Part shown: positions 1 through 8,725 of the stretch, piece by piece
Position numbering within the stretch: position 1 is the first letter of the stretch
Layout of the letters: each line of letters begins with the position of its first letter
Assembly (NCBI GenBank): GCA_963741255.1
Contig: CAVUHM010000013.1
Span: 50,584 to 114,583 of the forward strand
Direction: 5' to 3'
Source of the DNA: an uncultured Gammaproteobacteria bacterium
Lineage (GTDB): Bacteria; Pseudomonadota; Gammaproteobacteria; Steroidobacterales; Rariloculaceae
Length of the DNA stretch: 64,000 nt
Made by a program: the position numbers and the translations under genes
The notes under the pieces: model-generated
What the model was told of the DNA's origin: nothing
Databases searched by the model: none
The model's input: the letters and a program-made list of their open reading frames with translations, nothing else

Positions 1-369
1 CACGAGCACGACGTCGGCGCTTTCGGCGCCGAACTGCGCGCCGAAGCTTCCCGCCGTCAGCGTCAGGAATGCCGGATTGCTCCATTCGCCGTTCGGCGAG
101 CGGATCGCAATCACGCCCCGGCCGCGGCGGCCGCCGAACAAAAAGCCGCCGCGAATCATGTCGGGGATCACCGCGATGCCGCGTGCGCGCTGCAGGATAT
201 CGGCTGGAATGCCGTTTTCCTGGTTGGTGGTGAATCCCTCGAGCACTCTCGCGGCATCGACGAATTTCGTGTCGTCGTTGCGCTGTGCGGAGGCGGACGA
301 AGCCAGCACCGTCACCAATGCGGCGAACCAGGTCGTGATCCAGGGACGAGTGAACGAATTGCGGCGCAT
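1..369 (-). CDS. Lipid-binding SYLF (Ysc84-like) domain protein, 3' end outside window
   Basis: Not in ORF track. Manual translation from ATG 369 gives a signal peptide, then GIPADILQRARGIAVIPDMIRGGFLFGGRRGRGV...WSNPAFLTLTAGSFGAQFGAESADVVLV, typical of SYLF. Confidence 0.85.
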   Translation of the reverse strand, partial: MRRNSFTRPWITTWFAALVTVLASSASAQRNDDTKFVDAARVLEGFTTNQENGIPADILQRARGIAVIPDMIRGGFLFGGRRGRGVIAIRSPNGEWSNPAFLTLTAGSFGAQFGAESADVVLV

Positions 370-433
370 GCGTTTCCTTGCCTGCGGCGATGCGAGCATC
401 TTAACCAATCTCGACGCGAGCGCCAGCGGCGTG

Positions 434-2365
434 TCAGAGCGTGATGTCGGGCGGCATGGGGCAGCCGAGCGAAGCCGCAATCAGACGGAACAGCTCGCGC
501 TCTTCGGTCGCGGTCACCGCATCCGCTTTGATTGCGGCCAGCACGGCACGCAGCACGCGCTCCTTCTCGCGCGGTCGGATCGCCGCGAGCGCTGCGAGTG
601 CCGCGTCGAGCGTGTCGAGAGTGCGGCTCGCGCTCGGCGGTTCGAACCGCGGATCGCCGGGCTCAGGCTGCCAGCCCGCCGCCGCGAGCCCGGCCGCGTA
701 CGCGGCTTGGGCACCCGCCGCGGTGTCGTGGCCGAATGCGGCGACGCTCTGCAGCAAGGAGCGCACCGCCGCACGCGGATCCACCTTCGGCGCGGTGCCG
801 CGCGGTGCGGCCTTCGTGCCCGGCGTATTCGAGAGATACGTCTCGACGAGCCGCAACAGCACGAAATCGAACAGTCGCGGCGTCCGTTCGAGCTCTTGAA
901 CCCGCTGCAGCAGTTCCGACACGTAGGAGAGTTGCTCGCTCGGGCGTTGGCGCAGCGTCGGCAATGCGAGCTCGAGCACGGGCAGGCGCAGGTCCGCGGG
1001 CGTCGCCGCGAGCTCCTCGCCAAGGCGCAGGCAGAGCCCGGCTCGTGTCGCTCCGAGCTGGCGTTCGATCAGCGCGAGCTGTTTGTCGCGCGTGCGCTCG
1101 TCCGGCGACAACGCGAGCGCTACGACGACCAGCAGGCTGCCGTCGCGCGAGCGCGTGGCCTCGTACACCTCGTCGGGTAGCGCGTCGCGCACGGCACGGC
1201 CGCCCGCGGGCGCCGCGATCTCGCCCGCGCGATCGAGCGGCGACGCGGCAGCGGCCGCGCTCACTGCGGCGAGCGGCGCGACCAGGTCGGCTGCGGGACC
1301 GGCAGCTCGGGCGGTGCCTTCGGCAAGCGCCTCTTCCGCCGCGGGCAAGTCGCGAGGATCGAAGTTGGGCTCGAGCGCGCGGATCCGCTCGAGCAGCGGC
1401 GGATGTGTCGCGAACCAACCAACGAACCGCCGCGTCCCACGCTCGAACAGCATGTGCGCGATCTCCTCGGTGTCGACGGACTCTATCCGCGCCGAGTAGC
1501 TGCCGATTTTCTTCAAGGCTCCGGCCAGGCCCTCGGGCTCGCGCGTGAATTGGACGGCCGACGCGTCCGCGAGACGCTCGCGGTTCCGCGACACGCCGGC
1601 TTTGATCAACCGCGACAACAGCACGCCGATGCCGCCGATGATCGTGAGCGCGAGGCCGATCGCGATCGCTGCCGCGACGCCGCCGTTGTTGCGGCCGCGG
1701 GACCTGCCCGCGAAGCGCACGCTGCGGAGCAGCCAGCGGCCCACGAGCGCCAGGACGAGGATGCCGAACGAGAGCCCGATCAGCTGCTGGTTCAAGCGCA
1801 TGTCGCCGTTCAAGACGTGGCTGAACTCGTGCGCGATCACGCCTTGCAGCTCGGCGCGCTCGAGCCGCTCGAGCGCCCCGCGCGTGACCGTGATCGCGGC
1901 GTCGGCCGGCGTGAGCCCGGCCGCGAATGCATTGATCCCGGACTCCTGCTCGAGCACGTAGATCTCTGGCACGGGCAGGCCGGACGCGAGCGCGATTTCC
2001 TCGACGACGTTCACGAGCCGCTTGTGCAGCGGGTCGCTGCCTTCGCGGTTCACCGGCACCGCGCCGAGCATCCGCGCGACTTGGCCCCCGCCGCGCGCAA
2101 GCGTCGCCGCGCGATACAGGCTCGCCAGAATCATCAGCGCAAGCGAGCCGACGGCGACCGTGATCACGAGCCCGCCGTGGCCTTCGAGCCACTCGCGCCA
2201 CGTCTCCGTGCCGAGGAATAGCGCGTTGTTCTCCGTATACATCCGCAACGCGATCGAGATGACCGCCGTCGTCGCGAGCGCGACCAACGCGAACGCAATC
2301 ATGAACACGCCGACGAGCACACGGCTCGTGCGGCGCGACTGCTCTTGGCGCGCGAAGAAGTTCAC
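434..2365 (-). CDS. M48 (HtpX-like) membrane zinc metalloprotease with long helical C-terminal extension
   Basis: INAFAAG and HEFSH (HExxH) motifs, ERLADASAVQFTR, FATHPPL, several TM segments; lies downstream of lemA. Confidence 0.9.
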   Translation of the reverse strand: MNFFARQEQSRRTSRVLVGVFMIAFALVALATTAVISIALRMYTENNALFLGTETWREWLEGHGGLVITVAVGSLALMILASLYRAATLARGGGQVARMLGAVPVNREGSDPLHKRLVNVVEEIALASGLPVPEIYVLEQESGINAFAAGLTPADAAITVTRGALERLERAELQGVIAHEFSHVLNGDMRLNQQLIGLSFGILVLALVGRWLLRSVRFAGRSRGRNNGGVAAAIAIGLALTIIGGIGVLLSRLIKAGVSRNRERLADASAVQFTREPEGLAGALKKIGSYSARIESVDTEEIAHMLFERGTRRFVGWFATHPPLLERIRALEPNFDPRDLPAAEEALAEGTARAAGPAADLVAPLAAVSAAAAASPLDRAGEIAAPAGGRAVRDALPDEVYEATRSRDGSLLVVVALALSPDERTRDKQLALIERQLGATRAGLCLRLGEELAATPADLRLPVLELALPTLRQRPSEQLSYVSELLQRVQELERTPRLFDFVLLRLVETYLSNTPGTKAAPRGTAPKVDPRAAVRSLLQSVAAFGHDTAAGAQAAYAAGLAAAGWQPEPGDPRFEPPSASRTLDTLDAALAALAAIRPREKERVLRAVLAAIKADAVTATEERELFRLIAASLGCPMPPDITL

Positions 2366-2390
2366 GGCGGTAGCCGGTGCGTGCGGGGCG

Positions 2391-2975
2391 CTAGAACGAG
2401 ACCTTCGGCACTGCGCGTTTCTCGGCTTGCTCGATCTCCAAGTACTCCGCCGTCTTGAAGCCGAAGTTATTCGCGAGCAGGTTGGCGGGGAAGCTCTGGC
2501 ACGCGTTGTTGTAGCTCAAGACTGCGTCGTTGAACGCCTGGCGTGCGAACGCGACCTTGTTCTCGGTCGAGGTCAGCTCCTCCTGGAGGTGCTGCATGTT
2601 TTGGTTCGCCTTCAAGTCGGGATAGGCTTCCGCGAGCGCGAAGAGGCGGCCCAGCGTGCCGGCGAGCGCCGTCTCGGCCGCTCCGAGTGCCTGGATCGCC
2701 GCCGGGTCTGAAGGGTCCGCCGCGGCCTTTTTCAGGCCTGCGGATGCGGCGTTGCGAGCGTTGATCACGGCCTCGAGCGTGCCTCGCTCGTGGGCCATGT
2801 AGCCTTTCACCGCCTCGACCAAGTTCGGGATCAGGTCGTAGCGGCGCGTGAGCTGAACGTCGATTTGCGAGAAAGCGTTACCCACGCGGTTGCGCGAGCT
2901 CACGAGATTGTTGTACATCGAGATGCCCCACAACACGATTGCTGCGAGGATCACGAGTGTGATGATCGTTCCCAC
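2391..2975 (-). CDS. lemA: LemA family protein
   Basis: N-terminal [44 protein letters not shown]; GTG start at 2975 with AGGAG SD. Confidence 0.93.
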   Translation of the reverse strand: MGTIITLVILAAIVLWGISMYNNLVSSRNRVGNAFSQIDVQLTRRYDLIPNLVEAVKGYMAHERGTLEAVINARNAASAGLKKAAADPSDPAAIQALGAAETALAGTLGRLFALAEAYPDLKANQNMQHLQEELTSTENKVAFARQAFNDAVLSYNNACQSFPANLLANNFGFKTAEYLEIEQAEKRAVPKVSF

Positions 2976-3039
2976 GTGTAAGCTCCTAACCCGTTCGGAG
3001 CCTGCGAGAATACGCCGCCGGCGCGGTGTTCGCCATGGA

Positions 3040-4003
3040 ATGGCGGTGCTCGCCGGGCTCGCGATGCTCGTCGCGCTACCCGCGCGTGCGGGTTGGGTCG
3101 GCGAAGCGATCGATCTGATGGGCACGCGCTGCTCGGTCGAGCTGTGGGCCGATGACGAGGCGCGTGGCCGGGAGCTCGTGGCGGAGATACTCGCCGAGTA
3201 CCGGCGCATCGATTCCGCGATGAGCACGTATAAGCCCGACAGCGAGATCTCGCGCGTGAACGCGCGTGCGGCCGAGGCGCCGATGGTGATCGGCGAGGAG
3301 TTGTTCGGGATCGTCGAGCGCTCGCTCGAGCTTTCCGTCGCGAGCCACGGCGCGTTCGACATCACTTACGACAGCGTCGGTTACTTGTACGACTTCCGTG
3401 CGCATCAACGGCCGACCGACGAGCAGATCGCGGAGCGGCTCTCGGCCATCGACTATCGGCACGTCGTGCTCGATCGCGCGCGGCGCACGGTCTTTTTCAA
3501 GGCGCAGGGCGTGCGCATCAACCTCGGCGGCATCGCGAAGGGCTATGCCGTGGAGCGCGCCGCCGCGTTGCTGCGCGAACGCGGCGTCGAGCACGCGCTT
3601 TTGAACGCGGGCGGCGACACGCGCGTGATCGGCGATCGTCGCGGGCAGCCGTGGATAGTCGGGATACGACATCCGCGGCAAGCGGACGAGGTCGTGACGC
3701 GATTGCCGCTCGTCGACGAAGCGATCTCGACGTCGGGAGACTACGAGCGCTACTTCGAGGAGAACGGGCGCCGTTATCACCACATCATCAATCCCGCGAC
3801 CGGCCGACCGACCGAAGGCGTACTGACCGTAACCGTGATCGGTCCGGACGGCACCCTGACCGACGGGCTCGATACCGCGATCTTCGTGCTCGGCGCCGAA
3901 GAGGGGCTGAAGCTGATCGAGTCGTACCCCGACTACGAAACGATCATCGTCGACGCGGCGGGCAGAGGTTTCGTACTCGAAGGGCTTGATCGCGCCGCAG
4001 TGA
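3040..4003 (+). CDS. apbE: FAD:protein FMN transferase (ApbE/Ftp); probable indel near 3965
   Basis: [38 protein letters not shown] motifs. Frame-corrected end [11 protein letters not shown] at 4003 avoids overlapping the next gene. Confidence 0.9.
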
Positions 4004-4022
4004 GCCCACGCTCGACGTGCGC

Positions 4023-4724
4023 TCACGCGAGCTCGCGCCACCCGTTGCGGTCGATCGGCGTGACGACGGCGTTCTCCTCGGCGAAGAAGCGGCGCATTTT
4101 CATCGCCGCGCGTAGCTTCGCGGCGCGAACGTAGCTTTGATAGAACAAGTCTTTCAATGACTCGACGAGCACCGCCGCTTCGTCCGGCGTCACGGTCGGC
4201 GGCTCGCCCTCGTCGGCGAACAGAACCGTTTCCACTGTGTTCGCGGTCACCGAGTCGACGTCACAGACGCGCAGCGCTTCGGCGAGTGAGGCGCGCCAGC
4301 GTTGTCTCGCCGCGGGGTCCAGGGAGCGGAGTGCCGTCCGTGTCGTGCGGCGGCACATCGTCGCGAATGCGTTGAGCGCGCCGAGCGAGTAGCAGTCGAG
4401 AGTCTCGCGCAGCAGCTCCGCGATGGTGTCCGGCACGTAGCCGAAGTGAAAACGCTCGCGCGGGCGCTCCACCTCGACGAGGCTCGGCGCGAGCTCGATG
4501 CTATCGGAGCCAATCTCACGGACGGCCGCGCGCAGAAAGCGCGGCTCGTTGCAGTTCGCGCAGCGAAACACGAGGCCTGCGTTCTTTGGCCGCGTTTTCG
4601 CAAGGACTTCGAACGAGGGCGCCGCAGTGGGCAGGAGCTGCGCGTGAACGCCGCAGTGCGGGCATTCGCGCGTGATCGGCGCCGGGAGACTGAAGCCCTT
4701 GTTCTTGTTTACATAAATCGGCAC
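4023..4724 (-). CDS. Hypothetical protein: Zn-ribbon (CPHC...CANC) plus DUF4145/HEPN-like helical domain
   Basis: Two CxxC pairs; ELLRETLDCYSLGALNAFATMCRRT and VTPDEAAVLVESLKDLFYQSYV resemble the DUF4145 terminal helices. Confidence 0.65.
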   Translation of the reverse strand: MPIYVNKNKGFSLPAPITRECPHCGVHAQLLPTAAPSFEVLAKTRPKNAGLVFRCANCNEPRFLRAAVREIGSDSIELAPSLVEVERPRERFHFGYVPDTIAELLRETLDCYSLGALNAFATMCRRTTRTALRSLDPAARQRWRASLAEALRVCDVDSVTANTVETVLFADEGEPPTVTPDEAAVLVESLKDLFYQSYVRAAKLRAAMKMRRFFAEENAVVTPIDRNGWRELA

Positions 4725-4803
4725 GGGAGGGCCTTTCTTTTTGAGTGTAGCAGCAAATCCGCGTTCGGCTCGCGGAAGTTCGAAGGCCGCTGCTGCAAGG
4801 CAC

Positions 4804-6474
4804 TCAGCCGATCTTTTTGTAGCGTATCCGGTGGGGCTGATCGGCGTCGTCGCCCTTGCGCCTTCTCAAGTCCTCGGCGTAGTCGGCGTAGTTGCCCTGG
4901 AAGAACACGACTTCGCTGTTACCTTCGAACGCCAGGATGTGGGTCGCGATGCGATCCAAGAACCAACGATCGTGCGAGATCACGACGGCGCTGCCCGGGA
5001 AGTTCAGCAGCGCGTCCTCGAGCGCGCGCAGCGTCTCGACGTCGAGGTCGTTCGTCGGCTCGTCGAGCAGCAGCAGGTTGCCGCCGGAGCGGAGCAGCTT
5101 CGCCAGGTGCACGCGGTTGCGCTCGCCGCCCGACAAGAGGCCGACCTTCTTCTGCTGATCCGTGCCGCGGAAGTTGAAGCGGCCGACGTACGCGCGCGAC
5201 GGCGTCTCGTACGTGCCGATGCGCATGATGTCCTGACCGAAGCTGATCTCTTCCCACACCGTCTTGTCACCGTTCAAGCTGTCGCGGCTCTGATCGACGT
5301 AGGCGAGTTGCACCGAGTTGCCGGTGCGGATCGTTCCGGCGTCCGCCTTCTCCTGTCCGGCCATGATCCGAAACAACGTCGTCTTGCCGGCGCCGTTCGG
5401 GCCGATCACGCCGACGATACCGCCGGGCGGCAAGCTGAACGATAGATTCTCGAACAGCACGCGGTCGCCGAACGACTTGCCGATCTTGTCGGCCTCGATC
5501 ACGAGATCGCCGAGCCGCGGGCCGGGCGGAATGTAGATTTCGTTCGTCTCGTTACGCTCTTGGAACTCCTTCGACGTGAGCTCCTCGAAGCGCGCGAGCC
5601 GCGCCTTGGCCTTCGCGCGCCGCGCGCCGGGGTTCGTGCGGACCCACTCGAGCTCGGTCTTGATCGTGCGCTGCCGCGCCGCTTCCTGTTTTTCCTCGAG
5701 CTTGAGGCGCTGGTCCTTCTGCTCGAGCCACGAGCTGTAATTGCCTTGCCACGGGATGCCGTGGCCGCGGTCGAGCTCCAAGATCCAGCCGGCGACGTTG
5801 TCGAGGAAGTAGCGATCGTGCGTCACGGCGATAACCGTGCCGGGGAACTCCTTCAAGAACCGCTCGAGCCACGCGACGGATTCCGCATCGAGGTGATTCG
5901 TGGGCTCATCGAGCAGCAGCATGTCCGGGTTCGACAAGAGCAGTCGGCACAGCGCGACGCGGCGGCGCTCTCCGCCCGAAAGCGACTTCACGTTCGCGTC
6001 CCACGGCGGCAAGCGCAAAGCGTCGGCCGCGACCTCGAGCTTGCGCTCGATCTCCCAACCGCCGACCGCATCGATCTTGTCCTGCAGCTTGCCTTGTTCC
6101 TCGAGCAGGCGATTCATCTCGTCGTCTTCGAGCGGCTCGGCGAACTTGTCGCTGACCTCGTTGAAGCGTTTGATCAGGGCCAGCGTGTCCGCGACGCCTT
6201 CCTCGACGATGCCTTTGACGTTCTTGGCCGGATCGAGGTCGGGTTCCTGTTGCAGGAATCCGATCTTGATGCCGGGCTGCGGCCGCGCTTCGCCTTCGAA
6301 GTCTTGGTCGACGCCCGCCATGATTCGCAGCAGCGTGGACTTGCCAGAGCCGTTAACGCCCAGCACGCCGATCTTGGCGCCGGGGAAAAAGCTCAGGCTG
6401 ATATCGCGCAGGATGTAGCGTTTCGGCGGCACGACCTTGCCGACGCGATTCATCGTGAAAATGTACTGGGCCAT
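4804..6474 (-). CDS. ettA: Energy-dependent translational throttle protein EttA (ABC-F)
   Basis: [19 protein letters not shown] start; two ABC cassettes ([23 protein letters not shown]); C-terminal PHRIRYKK. Confidence 0.97.
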   Translation of the reverse strand: MAQYIFTMNRVGKVVPPKRYILRDISLSFFPGAKIGVLGVNGSGKSTLLRIMAGVDQDFEGEARPQPGIKIGFLQQEPDLDPAKNVKGIVEEGVADTLALIKRFNEVSDKFAEPLEDDEMNRLLEEQGKLQDKIDAVGGWEIERKLEVAADALRLPPWDANVKSLSGGERRRVALCRLLLSNPDMLLLDEPTNHLDAESVAWLERFLKEFPGTVIAVTHDRYFLDNVAGWILELDRGHGIPWQGNYSSWLEQKDQRLKLEEKQEAARQRTIKTELEWVRTNPGARRAKAKARLARFEELTSKEFQERNETNEIYIPPGPRLGDLVIEADKIGKSFGDRVLFENLSFSLPPGGIVGVIGPNGAGKTTLFRIMAGQEKADAGTIRTGNSVQLAYVDQSRDSLNGDKTVWEEISFGQDIMRIGTYETPSRAYVGRFNFRGTDQQKKVGLLSGGERNRVHLAKLLRSGGNLLLLDEPTNDLDVETLRALEDALLNFPGSAVVISHDRWFLDRIATHILAFEGNSEVVFFQGNYADYAEDLRRRKGDDADQPHRIRYKKIG

Positions 6475-6546
6475 GGGTCTTGCAGTTGCGGGCGGGGCGA
6501 GGATTATCCGCGGCCGTGCCACGGCTCGGCAACTACACGAGCGGGG

Positions 6547-7320
6547 TCACTGCGCGTCGGGCGCGTCCGAGTCCGCTTCGGTCGGTGGTGCTGCCGTGCC
6601 CGCGAGCGCCGAGAGGATCTCCAGCGCCTGATCCTCGGAGACAGGGAAGAAGCGTCCGAGATCGCACCCGAGCACTCGCCGCGTCCCGCCCTCGGCGTAG
6701 GGGAAGATATGGTCTTGGTCGCAAACACGCGTGCTGAGCCCTGCGCCGACTGGACCCCCGATGCCCTGAGGGCCGATCACACCACGCGCTCCGGGGCTCG
6801 CGGGGGCGCCTGTGGCGGACGAGCTTTGGACGAAGAACTCACCGTCGCGTGCGAGTCCGGGGCACGCGGCCTCGAGAACGTTCAGAAAGGCGGCCCGGTC
6901 GCCGAGGAAGAAGATCACGGCGCCATCGTTGATGACGCCGGTCCGCTCGATCGTGGAGCCTTGCAGACATTCTCGGCTTTCGCCGGCAAGGTGCTCGGCC
7001 AAGCGCAGATTCGCGAGCGGTCCGACGCGCTCGGCGTAGAGATCGGTGATCACCTTGTGCTCGTCGACTGCGCTGTTGTTGCGTGCGACGAGCACCGACC
7101 GCACGGACGCTGGTGCCGCGTCGCCGCCGGCGGCCGCGAGGTCGGCCTTTAGACAATCCGTGTAACCGATGATGGCGTCCGAATAGCGGCGAACGTCGAG
7201 CAGGACGTTCGCGACGTCGTCACCAGTCTGTTCCGGTATTACGGCGATCGCAGGCAGGTCGCACGCGACCGCGTTCGAGCAGAGAAACAGGAAGCCGAAC
7301 GCGAAGCGGCTCGGTGTCAT
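6547..7320 (-). CDS. Secreted Cys-containing hypothetical protein with DUF6491-like C-terminal domain
   Basis: Signal peptide ending AVA-C; Cys pattern CLQ...FLNVLEAACPGL...RVCDQD...CDLGRF. Confidence 0.6.
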   Translation of the reverse strand: MTPSRFAFGFLFLCSNAVACDLPAIAVIPEQTGDDVANVLLDVRRYSDAIIGYTDCLKADLAAAGGDAAPASVRSVLVARNNSAVDEHKVITDLYAERVGPLANLRLAEHLAGESRECLQGSTIERTGVINDGAVIFFLGDRAAFLNVLEAACPGLARDGEFFVQSSSATGAPASPGARGVIGPQGIGGPVGAGLSTRVCDQDHIFPYAEGGTRRVLGCDLGRFFPVSEDQALEILSALAGTAAPPTEADSDAPDAQ

Positions 7321-7405
7321 GGGGCGCCTCTATTGTTCTTGTTGTCGCAACGGAACCGCGAGCTTACGGAGGATACGCCGAGTGAACGTGAGGCTCCACT
7401 GTCGG

Positions 7406-8539
7406 TCACTCGTCGATGCGCAATGGGGGATCGGTCGGGCGTCGTGACCACATTGCCGCGCTTTCGGGGTCGCACTCGTACGGATAGATCGGCGTGTCGT
7501 TCGGAGCGCGCGTGAGCTCGATTTGGCCCGTGTACGGTCTGGACATGTAGACGGGGTCCCACAGCCTGTACGTGTAGACCAACGTGCGCCCGTCATCGGT
7601 CACGGTGAAACGTTCGGTCAGCGTCTTTCGTTGTGAGGAGGGTAGGTCAGCTCCGCCGAGCGCTTCGTCGTGACCGAGGCCCCAGCGCGACGGCGGGAAA
7701 TCGTGGCTTTCCACCGTGAGGACGCCGTCGGCGATCCGCGCCTTCGCGCGGCCGAACCGGCCGCTCGCGTCGACGGCAACGCGCTCGCCGGCGAGCGGTA
7801 TCGTCCGCACGACGTTGTAAGCCTCGTTGCGCAGCGTCACACGTTCGTCGTCGAGTGTGAGCTCGAATAAGAAGAACGGCGCTAAGAACACGCTCGGAAC
7901 GTTCAGTGGTTCGCACGTATTCGCGGGCGATGCGCTGGGATCGAAATTTCGCCGCGCTGCCTCGCCGGCTTCATTCAAAACGAGCTTTGGGCTGTCCGTC
8001 GGAAAGTTCAGCAACGGCTGCTGCCAGCGGCCCTCGATGCCTGCGGTGCTCGGAGGTGAGGCCGGCACATCGTCTGCTGCAGTTTCGTCGCTCAGAGCCG
8101 CAGCGGCTCGTTGGATGCTCGGAGCGAACTTGCGGTCGGTGTTCATCATGATGAACTGATCGCCGAATGCATCGGTGACGCGCAATGCCTTCGCGAAACG
8201 GAAGCTCCGATCGCGATGCGGGAACGCGAGAATCGTAATGTCGTCACCGCGTGCGAACGTGTCGGGCTCAACGCCGAGCGTTTTCAACATCGGCGCGGAC
8301 TCCCACTCGATCTCCCAGCGGTTGTGCTTGGATTCGAGCGGCTCGTCGCCGTTCTCCTCGAACAGCTGCGCGTCGACGACGAAGGACGCGTGTGGGCTCC
8401 GCAGCTTGAAGTCGACGACGATACCGCGCAGCTCGATTTGCGTGTCGAGATCGAACATCGCGCCGGAATGATGGGCGTAGGTTTGGCAGCACCAGAAGGC
8501 GCCGATGCAAAGCGCGGCTCGAGCGGAACGTCGTCCCAA
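7406..8539 (-). CDS. Secreted DUF6152-family protein fused to a second uncharacterised domain
   Basis: Signal peptide then HHSGAMFD...LRGIVVDFKLRSPH...WEIE; TTG start with GGGGAG SD. Confidence 0.75.
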   Translation of the reverse strand: MGRRSARAALCIGAFWCCQTYAHHSGAMFDLDTQIELRGIVVDFKLRSPHASFVVDAQLFEENGDEPLESKHNRWEIEWESAPMLKTLGVEPDTFARGDDITILAFPHRDRSFRFAKALRVTDAFGDQFIMMNTDRKFAPSIQRAAAALSDETAADDVPASPPSTAGIEGRWQQPLLNFPTDSPKLVLNEAGEAARRNFDPSASPANTCEPLNVPSVFLAPFFLFELTLDDERVTLRNEAYNVVRTIPLAGERVAVDASGRFGRAKARIADGVLTVESHDFPPSRWGLGHDEALGGADLPSSQRKTLTERFTVTDDGRTLVYTYRLWDPVYMSRPYTGQIELTRAPNDTPIYPYECDPESAAMWSRRPTDPPLRIDE

Positions 8540-8565
8540 CGCTGTCTCCCCGGACGAACGGCGTC

Positions 8566-8637
8566 ACTATAGCCGGCGCCAGGGCGTTTGCTGATCTGTT
8601 GCCCCACTTTTCCCTTCGTTTTCCCCCGCGAATCCCA
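8566..8637 (-). promoter_or_regulatory. Putative activator-dependent promoter of DUF6152 gene (-10 TATAGT plus phased GGGA repeats)
   Basis: + strand ACTATA at 8566-8571; TCCC cores at 8611, 8622, 8633, with GCCC at 8601. Confidence 0.6.
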
Positions 8638-8725
8638 TACGGCTACGCTGCGGTGCCGGTTGGCTCGACAGCCTTGGGGAGCGCGGCTACGCTAGCGGCG
8701 CTCTGTTGCAGCGGGCCACGAGCGG

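Noticed and set aside
3966-4134. Extended ApbE C-terminus overlapping the downstream gene by 112 bp
   Set aside because: One indel near 3965 gives a normal end at 4003 with no overlap.
4023-4724. Active HEPN toxin or anti-phage system
   Set aside because: No R-x4-6-H at the expected position, no antitoxin or nucleotidyltransferase partner, and no defence-island context.
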